From positions 1 to 51,190 of the IMG/VR virus record IMGVR_UViG_3300017678_000009: a stretch of DNA of 51,190 nucleotides, one strand, 5' to 3'. The stretch comes from a virus. Its lineage: Duplodnaviria; Caudoviricetes. Positions within the stretch are counted from its first letter, which is position 1; each line of letters begins with the position of its first letter. Below, piece after piece: positions 45,290 to 51,190 of the stretch. Under the pieces are notes generated by a model, which saw nothing but the letters and a program-made list of their open reading frames with translations, was not told the DNA's origin and did not search any database. The position numbers were made by a program, and so were the translations under genes.

Positions 45290-47140
45290 TCACCAATCGC
45301 TAAGTGCTTTCCGCCGCTTGGCTTTCATCGTCGCCAACCGGGCCGCAACTGAGCGAGGGGGCACTTCGTCAACCACGGGCCTTGTCGGCCGCCTGGTGAG
45401 CATCATCTGCCACAACCCAGCCGTCGCAATAACCCGGTCCCCGTGCGTCGCCCGGGCCTCTCCGTCGTCCTGGAGCTTGTACGGACCCACCTTGGTTTCG
45501 TTGAAGTACACGTAATCCATCGCCTCCTGCGCGGTCGCTGGATCGGGATCGGTGAACTCTCCCCGAGCCCAGGCCGCTCGCAATTCGCCCAGCACGCGCA
45601 GCTTCTCCTCGTCCGTGCTCCACCATCCCAGCTTGCCTTGCGCTCGTGAGGGGGGCGTCCAGATGTTCGGATACCGCAGTCGCGTGATGTGGTTGCCCAA
45701 GATGCCACCGGGTCCGTTGGCCTCCCAGCTAATCATCGCCGGCCGGTCCCGCGTGCCGAACCACAGCCCCAGCATGACCAGGACGCGGGCGAGCGACTCT
45801 GGGCCGACGCTGGACGACACCCAAATCCCGATCTTCTCGCACGTGTCCGCGTCCCCGATGGCGATCACGCTGTTGCTGGCGTTGATCCCGTCGCTGACGT
45901 CGGCGAAAAGGCAGATGTTCGGCCGCACGTCGGCGGGACGGCCGCCGCGCACGTGTATCCAAAGCGTCAGGGTGCCTTTGCCCACCTCGCGGGCCTCGAA
46001 CTTGATCTGATCCAGCTTGCGGTGACGCAGGGCGTTGTCCTGGTCCTCGCCGCTCTTGGCGTGACGCAGGATCCCACACGCGGCCGGCGGGCATGTGGGG
46101 GCGGCCGAGATCATGCGGTTGAGGACATCCGAATCGAACAGCCCGCCGCTGGCGATGTCGAAGTCCACCATGATGTTCTCGGCGATGCTCACGCGCGAGC
46201 GGTTGGCGACGAAGACTTCTTGCTCCAGCCAAGGCGTCCAGACGAACTGCGTCCCCGCCTTGCCGGTGTAGACGCCCGTGTCGTCGATCCGCAGCTCGCC
46301 GCCGCGGCCCTTGTCGGGGTGTTGGGCGTAGCTGGCAACGAACGTGGGGTGTCCCCCGTGCTTGAACAGCTCTTTGAAGTAACCGCGGCCCCTGGGCGTG
46401 CTGTTGGCGATGGTGAACGTCGCGGTGTCGCGGTTGGCGGCATCCCACACCTGCTGAAGCTGGCGATGCCGGGCCGCTTCGTCCAAGAGAAGCATGTCGC
46501 GACGGCCGCCGACGCCGATGTCCCCCGTGGTGCTGGCGCCGTCGATGCTGCATCCGGTCTTGGGGAATCGCAGGCTCAGGTACTTGCTCTTCATCCCGCC
46601 ACGCATCCATGCTGGTAGACGCTTATGGACATACCGCAGGCGGTAGAAGAGCGTGTCGGGGTCGGGTCCGTCAACCAAGGCTTCCTTGCGGCTGGTGAGC
46701 AGGGCCGTCCACATGTTGCTCTTGAACCGGGCTCGCCAATACGCATAAAGCAGGAGGAACCAGGTCACGCGCATGTCGCGGCTCTTGCCGATCACCAGCG
46801 GCTTGCCTTCCGCTTCGCACCAGATCATCTTGTCGGCCAGCTCTTCATGCACCGGCCATGTCAGCCACGGGTGCATCGACGTCTTGCCCTTGTACCCCGT
46901 CATCTTCCCCGTCTCGTCATACTCACGCTGCTTGTAGGTCCAGACGAACGTGTCGCAGAAGAATGAGAGGTTGTCGGCGCACATCTGCCACAACAGGGCT
47001 TGCAGATCCTTGTCGTTCTCGGCTTGGGTGAGCAGCTTTTGCCGGTACTCGATGTTCTCCACGATGGTTTGCGGCACGCGCAACCCCCGCGAGTAGTCGG
47101 TGCGGATGGGCGGGAACTCAAGCCGTGGAAGCGTCGTCAT
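45290..47140 (-). CDS. terL: Terminase large subunit
   Basis: KSRDMRVTW Walker A region, LLLDEAA Walker B, NSTP motif III, FADVSDG and HGDRVIA nuclease motifs. Confidence 0.92.
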   Translation of the reverse strand: MTTLPRLEFPPIRTDYSRGLRVPQTIVENIEYRQKLLTQAENDKDLQALLWQMCADNLSFFCDTFVWTYKQREYDETGKMTGYKGKTSMHPWLTWPVHEELADKMIWCEAEGKPLVIGKSRDMRVTWFLLLYAYWRARFKSNMWTALLTSRKEALVDGPDPDTLFYRLRYVHKRLPAWMRGGMKSKYLSLRFPKTGCSIDGASTTGDIGVGGRRDMLLLDEAARHRQLQQVWDAANRDTATFTIANSTPRGRGYFKELFKHGGHPTFVASYAQHPDKGRGGELRIDDTGVYTGKAGTQFVWTPWLEQEVFVANRSRVSIAENIMVDFDIASGGLFDSDVLNRMISAAPTCPPAACGILRHAKSGEDQDNALRHRKLDQIKFEAREVGKGTLTLWIHVRGGRPADVRPNICLFADVSDGINASNSVIAIGDADTCEKIGIWVSSSVGPESLARVLVMLGLWFGTRDRPAMISWEANGPGGILGNHITRLRYPNIWTPPSRAQGKLGWWSTDEEKLRVLGELRAAWARGEFTDPDPATAQEAMDYVYFNETKVGPYKLQDDGEARATHGDRVIATAGLWQMMLTRRPTRPVVDEVPPRSVAARLATMKAKRRKALSDW

Positions 47141-47702
47141 CGTCGCCCTCCTCGTGTTCGTCCGCTTCGTCTTGGGCGGCGTCTGCCTCGAGCGCGGCGT
47201 TGGCACGGGCGATGAGAGCGTCCTGCTTGGCGTCCTCGATCTGCGACATGAGCGTGGACATGCTTTCCAGAACGTCCTTGATCTCGTCCGCCCACAGGCC
47301 CGCACGCTTGCCCAGCGTGAGCTGGGTGTACAGCTTCAGACACGCGATGCTGACGCGCGAGGGCTTGCCGGGCTTGTCATCGTGCATCATGCCCAGGACA
47401 AGCCGCTCCAGGAACAGCTTGGGCAGGTCGATGGTGCGTTCTTCGGGCACGAGCTTGGGTTTCTTGCCCTTGCCCGCCACGTTGCGGTAGAACGTCACGT
47501 TCACCTGCGTCGTGAGCAGGATGTTCCGAATCGCGGCCGCGTTCTCGTCTGGCAAGCGGCCGTTACCGAACACTTCACTGCCGCTGACGATCAGCGACGT
47601 CTCACGTTGCAACGGCCCCTTGCCTTTGGCACGGGTGTTGTTCCGGCCGCTGGGCGCCTTCGCCTTCGCCGCCGGCTTCTTTCTGGCCGATGCACGAGGC
47701 AT
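47118..47702 (-). CDS. Putative terminase small subunit
   Basis: Overlaps terL start; basic N-terminus, helical acidic C-terminus. Confidence 0.6.
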   Translation of the reverse strand: MPRASARKKPAAKAKAPSGRNNTRAKGKGPLQRETSLIVSGSEVFGNGRLPDENAAAIRNILLTTQVNVTFYRNVAGKGKKPKLVPEERTIDLPKLFLERLVLGMMHDDKPGKPSRVSIACLKLYTQLTLGKRAGLWADEIKDVLESMSTLMSQIEDAKQDALIARANAALEADAAQDEADEHEEGDDDDASTA

Positions 47703-47710
47703 TCATGGAC

Positions 47711-48376
47711 TCACCAGTTGGCGAACACGGGCGCGATCGCGTCAAGCGAGCGGGCGCCGCCGTTGGCAGTTGTGCAGTTCGCGAAGATCTCGATATGGGT
47801 GGCGCCCGACGTGTCCAGAACCAGCCCCGCGAACCCTGTCCCACCCTTGCCCACGGTGATGACGCCCGGTGAAATCGCTTCGTTGAAGGTGGGCGTGAAG
47901 TTGTTGGCCCATGCGGCTTGCGCAAACTTCGCGCGTTCGGCTTCAATGACGTACTGATTGCGGACGTTGGTCGCGATCAGGCTCGCTCCTGCCACGACTT
48001 CACCCCGCCACACAGGCGTGCGGATGAAGCATTTGTTGCCGAGAGTCGGCTTGGCGAGCACGATGAGCACTTGCGCAACCCTGGTCGCGACGGCGGATGC
48101 GTGGCCGCACACGAAACCGATCTCCACGGCCGTGCGGGAATCCAGAGAGCGACCCACCCCAATCACCTGGCCGCCCGATCCGTTCGCGTACAGGGTTGCG
48201 TTCGCGGTCTGCGTGGGTTCCGTCTCCAAGGCCGACAGGTTGATCGCGGTGAGCAGCCCGCCCGCGCCCGTGATGGCGGCGCTGCACACTTGCGTGTTGC
48301 CTTCCAGGGGGCGAAGATGGCTCTGAAAGCCTGCGCGGGCCGCTTCGCTCACGTTCTTGGGACCATTGCTGCTCAT
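47711..48376 (-). CDS. Hypothetical beta-rich, virion-like protein
   Basis: AAGGAG SD; G/T/A/N-rich composition. Confidence 0.7.
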   Translation of the reverse strand: MSSNGPKNVSEAARAGFQSHLRPLEGNTQVCSAAITGAGGLLTAINLSALETEPTQTANATLYANGSGGQVIGVGRSLDSRTAVEIGFVCGHASAVATRVAQVLIVLAKPTLGNKCFIRTPVWRGEVVAGASLIATNVRNQYVIEAERAKFAQAAWANNFTPTFNEAISPGVITVGKGGTGFAGLVLDTSGATHIEIFANCTTANGGARSLDAIAPVFANW

Positions 48377-48385
48377 CGCTAAACT
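48357..48385 (+). promoter_or_regulatory. Putative promoter for a leaderless transcript
   Basis: TTGGGA-17 nt-TAAACT, 5 nt before ATG 48391. Confidence 0.5.
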
Positions 48386-48390
48386 CCTTC

Positions 48391-48744
48391 ATGGATCTGC
48401 CGGACACCTACAAGCATCGAACGGTGACAACGGGCTGGCGTGATGCCTACCGACAGCTCCTCAGCATGGACGATGACGACTTACTCTCGGTGTTGCACGA
48501 ACTCAAAGCCGTCAGTGAACAACGGGAACCCAAGCTCGAGCGCGTCAACTTCATCTGGGTGCCTCGTGGTGACCACGAGATGAGCGTCGGCGGCGTCGTC
48601 AAGGTGCGCAACACATGGCTCGTGCTGACGCGCCGCGTTCGTGGGGCCGATGGTGTCTGGAACTGTCGTCGCATGATCGCCGCTCCAAGCAATCCGATCT
48701 TCGCCGCGTGGCCGGCTCCTACGCCCGAGTCCCAGGGCGCTTGA
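48391..48744 (+). CDS. Hypothetical protein antisense to the late operon (moron-like)
   Basis: Globular-looking 117-aa ORF with its own leaderless promoter. Confidence 0.55.
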   Translation: MDLPDTYKHRTVTTGWRDAYRQLLSMDDDDLLSVLHELKAVSEQREPKLERVNFIWVPRGDHEMSVGGVVKVRNTWLVLTRRVRGADGVWNCRRMIAAPSNPIFAAWPAPTPESQGA

Positions 48745-49114
48745 CAAACGAGAATCCGCAGATGATCGCGATGGCAACCAGCGCCGCTCGCGGGTTCAGC
48801 TCCGCTTCACCGGGGTTTGGGCTTGCTGGGCTTGCTGGGCTTGCCGACTTTGCTGCTTTGGCCGCGTGCGGCCGCGGCGGGAGCAGCTTTCGGCGCAGTC
48901 CGCGAAGATGAAAGTTGACCGTGTGGAGCGACCGGCTTGTTTGCAGCGCGACCGCCCGGTTGCTGAGTCCCAGGCCCAGCAGGCTGAGCACCGCTCGTTC
49001 GTCGTTGGTCAGTTGTGCGAGCTGGCTGTCGCTGGGGATCAGCGGCGGGGCGGCTGCTTTGCGGCGAGACACGCGGGGCCGGTGTGTGGGCGGGAGCGGG
49101 GGGGTTGGGGGCAT
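48719..49114 (-). CDS. LuxR/GerE-type HTH regulator
   Basis: LTNDERAVLSLLGLGLSNRAVA....RSLHTVNFHLRGLRRKL...RAALV; GAGGA SD. Confidence 0.85.
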   Translation of the reverse strand: MPPTPPLPPTHRPRVSRRKAAAPPLIPSDSQLAQLTNDERAVLSLLGLGLSNRAVALQTSRSLHTVNFHLRGLRRKLLPPRPHAAKAAKSASPASPASPNPGEAELNPRAALVAIAIICGFSFVKRPGTRA

Positions 49115-49460
49115 CGGAAAGATCCTCGTCGTCGGTGAATGTGTGATCGGGCGGCGCATCGTCCTGGTCGTGGTCGATGGCGTGCGCGGAACTTGTGTTG
49201 TGAGCTTCGCGTTCGTGTCGCGCGATGGCAGCCTCGCCGGCCGGGGTCAGTTCGAAGATCGTTTGAGCGGCGTCAGTGCAAACGAAGTAGGCGACACGCT
49301 TCATTTCGCCGACATCATGCTGAGGCAGCCCCAACTCCGCGTCGTCAAACGCGCGCTGGATGTCCGCGAGGCGGCACGAGCGAACACGCTGAATTGTCTT
49401 CAGCACCACGTAAGACTCGTGCGAGAGACGATCCGCCGAGAGACCTTCAACACGTGCCAT
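48807..49460 (-). CDS. Winged-helix-like protein with disordered C-terminus
   Basis: AAGGAG SD; VLKTIQR...RLADI...FELTPAGEAA; 3' half overlaps the LuxR gene. Confidence 0.6.
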   Translation of the reverse strand: MARVEGLSADRLSHESYVVLKTIQRVRSCRLADIQRAFDDAELGLPQHDVGEMKRVAYFVCTDAAQTIFELTPAGEAAIARHEREAHNTSSAHAIDHDQDDAPPDHTFTDDEDLSDAPNPPAPAHTPAPRVSPQSSRPAADPQRQPARTTDQRRTSGAQPAGPGTQQPGGRAANKPVAPHGQLSSSRTAPKAAPAAAARGQSSKVGKPSKPSKPKPR

Positions 49461-49840
49461 AACTGCGCTCCTTGCCCTATAACCACGCGAGACCACTACA
49501 CAAACTCGCAGTTATCGTACCACACATCCGGCATCTGTGCGGATTTCGATGGCTGTTTGTTTGATACCTGCCTCCAGACTGCCCAATCGGGCCGGTGCGT
49601 GTTCTCACCGTGATCAGTCAAACTGGGTAATTGAGCCGGACACTGCGAACCGATCGAATCTCGCGCCGGTATGCTCCTGTCATGCAACACGATCGCGGTG
49701 TGGGCCATGACGCCCCTTCGTACCGCTTTCCGCAGGATGCACGAAATCTTGATGATCGGATAGTCCGTGAACTCAGTGATTCGATTGCAAATGTGATAAT
49801 TAGCTTGCATCGGATTGTCACGTCGGGTAGTTATGGGGGT

Positions 49841-51190
49841 ATGTCACACGCCGCGACGCTCCGTGTCGCGCAGGACGCGCCCCCGACGCCCCCGTCTCAG
49901 CCGGTTGCAGGAACGATCACCGCTGAGAAAACCCCGTTGCAACTGGCCGTCGATGACTGGCTGGAAAACATGCAGCGCCGACGCAAGAAGCCCAAGAGCA
50001 TCGCGGCGTTTCGCCAGGTGGTGACGCTTGCCATGCGCGAGTGCGGCTGGAAGACGCCCGCCGAGCTGACGTACCACGCCATTGACAAGTGGATGAATGA
50101 CACCGCGAAGGCGAAGGGTTGGAAGGGTGCGACTTACAATCGCAACTTATGTGTATTCCGATCATTCGTACGCAGACTTCATAAGTGCGGCTTGCTGCCG
50201 CATGACATTATGGCGGACGCAGTTCGTGCAGAAGAAGATGACAGCGGCGACGGCGCTCGAGCAGCTACGCTGGACGAAGCCAAAGCGTTGTTGACGCGGG
50301 CGTGGGCACGCGAGATAAGCGACAAGCGATGCAGGGGGAATCGTCGGTTGTACTTCGCGTGCAACTTCGCGATGGGCCTTCGCCTGGATGAGCCGGCGAG
50401 GTGGCGCCGCAAGCACGTGCAGGTGTTCAGCGAGCAGCCGTTTATTGACTGGAAACCCGACATCAACAAGGGCCGGCGGCGGCGTGTGCAGCCGATCCCG
50501 ATGTGGTTGGCGGTGGAACTGCGCGAGCATTTGAAGACGCTGCCTGATGATCCCGAGACGCTTGTGTTCCCCGTTGTTCCCAACAAAGCGACGTTCGAGG
50601 CGGATCGCAAGGCCGCAGGCATCGCGAAGGAAGACAGCCGCGGGCGATCGTTCAGCTCACACTCGGCGCGGAAGTTCTTTCGCACGTATCTGAGGCACGT
50701 CGCAAAGGTGAATGAGGAAGTGGTGAACTACCTCATGCGTCACACAACCACCGTGGATGAGCGATACGACGACTGCCCCCAAGCGATCATCGATGCGGCG
50801 AACGCGATGCCCGATCTGTTGCCGCCCGAACGCCACTACACAAATGTGGAAAACCGCGCAAGCAGTGCGGGCGCAAGGGACTTGCGCGACAGCCTACAGA
50901 AATCTGTAGTGCGTGGGGTTGACAAAGTGACAGCAACCGCGCAGTATGTGGCGGGTGCAACGAGATCACGCGAACCGGACCAAACCGAGTCAACCGCGTG
51001 CCCTCCCGATGACGATCTGCGACGTTGCACCCCCTCAACGCGAGGCTCTCGGGACGGGCATGTGTTTGACTCTGACGCTTGTGAGCAGCCGGACAGGTTG
51101 AGTTCCAAGCGGTCTGCGGTTCGATCCTCCAGCGATACGAGGCCTGAAATGCCGAGGGGCGGACTCGAACCGCCGACCTCCGGGTTATGA
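49841..51190 (+). CDS. int: Prophage tyrosine integrase (reads through att into tRNA antisense)
   Basis: SAM-like core; MGLRLDE (R), SHSARK (HxxR), LMRH, DERY (Y); stop TGA is antisense to the anticodon loop. Confidence 0.93.
   Translation: MSHAATLRVAQDAPPTPPSQPVAGTITAEKTPLQLAVDDWLENMQRRRKKPKSIAAFRQVVTLAMRECGWKTPAELTYHAIDKWMNDTAKAKGWKGATYNRNLCVFRSFVRRLHKCGLLPHDIMADAVRAEEDDSGDGARAATLDEAKALLTRAWAREISDKRCRGNRRLYFACNFAMGLRLDEPARWRRKHVQVFSEQPFIDWKPDINKGRRRRVQPIPMWLAVELREHLKTLPDDPETLVFPVVPNKATFEADRKAAGIAKEDSRGRSFSSHSARKFFRTYLRHVAKVNEEVVNYLMRHTTTVDERYDDCPQAIIDAANAMPDLLPPERHYTNVENRASSAGARDLRDSLQKSVVRGVDKVTATAQYVAGATRSREPDQTESTACPPDDDLRRCTPSTRGSRDGHVFDSDACEQPDRLSSKRSAVRSSSDTRPEMPRGGLEPPTSGL
50894..50947 (+). 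promoter_or_regulatory. Palindrome plus sigma70 promoter inside the int 3' tail, pointing at att
   Basis: CTACAGA-AA-TCTGTAG (50894-50909); TTGACA (50919-50924)-17 nt-CAGTAT (50942-50947). Confidence 0.65.
51148..51156. repeat. tRNA-proximal att core AATGCCGAG
   Basis: Matches 3243-3251; covers acceptor 3' strand, discriminator and 2 nt. Confidence 0.75.
51150..51190 (-). tRNA. 3' half of tRNA with CAT anticodon (Met or Ile2), truncated by the window edge
   Basis: Reverse complement TCATAACCCGGAGGTC-GGCGG-TTCGAGT-CCGCC-CCTCGGC-A: anticodon loop, T arm and acceptor strand; CCA not encoded. Confidence 0.9.

Larger units (their letters stand above)
3243..51156. mobile_element. Podovirus-like temperate prophage, ~47.9 kb, integrated at the tRNA(CAT) 3' end
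   Basis: Integrase, recombination/replication arm, terminase-portal-scaffold-capsid-tail-ejection arm, no tape measure gene, terminal 9-bp repeats. Confidence 0.92.

Noticed and set aside
14007-47957. Many long plus-strand ORFs opposite the late genes (and minus-strand ORFs opposite the early genes)
   Set aside because: Antisense shadows expected from GC-rich codon bias; no motifs or SDs. Only 26316-26636 and 48391-48744 were kept
49496-49810. Minus-strand ORF as a CI repressor
   Set aside because: No HTH or peptidase pattern and poor codon use; the AT-richer region looks regulatory
1-51190. CRISPR array, DGR/retron, intron or IS element
   Set aside because: No regularly spaced repeats, reverse transcriptase, cas or transposase motifs were recognised

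Overview
GC-rich bacterial chromosome segment, probably Planctomycetota/Phycisphaerae (inferred from integrase style and gene content, not proven). Two integrated elements sit in tandem at the 3' end of a CAT-anticodon tRNA (minus strand, cut by the window edge at 51190). (1) 1-3251 is the right end of an integrative element: XRE regulator with paired operators, Zn-ribbon, phage-type Dam methylase, Xis-like HTH and tyrosine integrase. (2) About 3243-51156 is an apparently complete ~47.9 kb podovirus-like prophage bounded by a 9-bp repeat AATGCCGAG. Its plus-strand early arm encodes YqaJ exonuclease, Bet, a DUF1376-like replication protein with iterons, an RNAP alpha-CTD-like protein, J-domain protein, RuvC, a C5 methylase with an overprinted second gene, minimal PolX and CsrA. 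Its minus-strand late arm encodes TerS/TerL, portal, scaffold, capsid, tail and ejection proteins, and a 4144-aa polyvalent DarB-like protein. Main finding: attP lies inside the integrase ORF, between a consensus sigma70 promoter (in the int 3' tail) and the early operon. Excision would therefore swap the integrase C-terminus in frame and reconnect the early genes to a promoter. No CI/Cro pair or endolysin is recognisable. All protein calls come from motif recognition by eye; no database searches were run.
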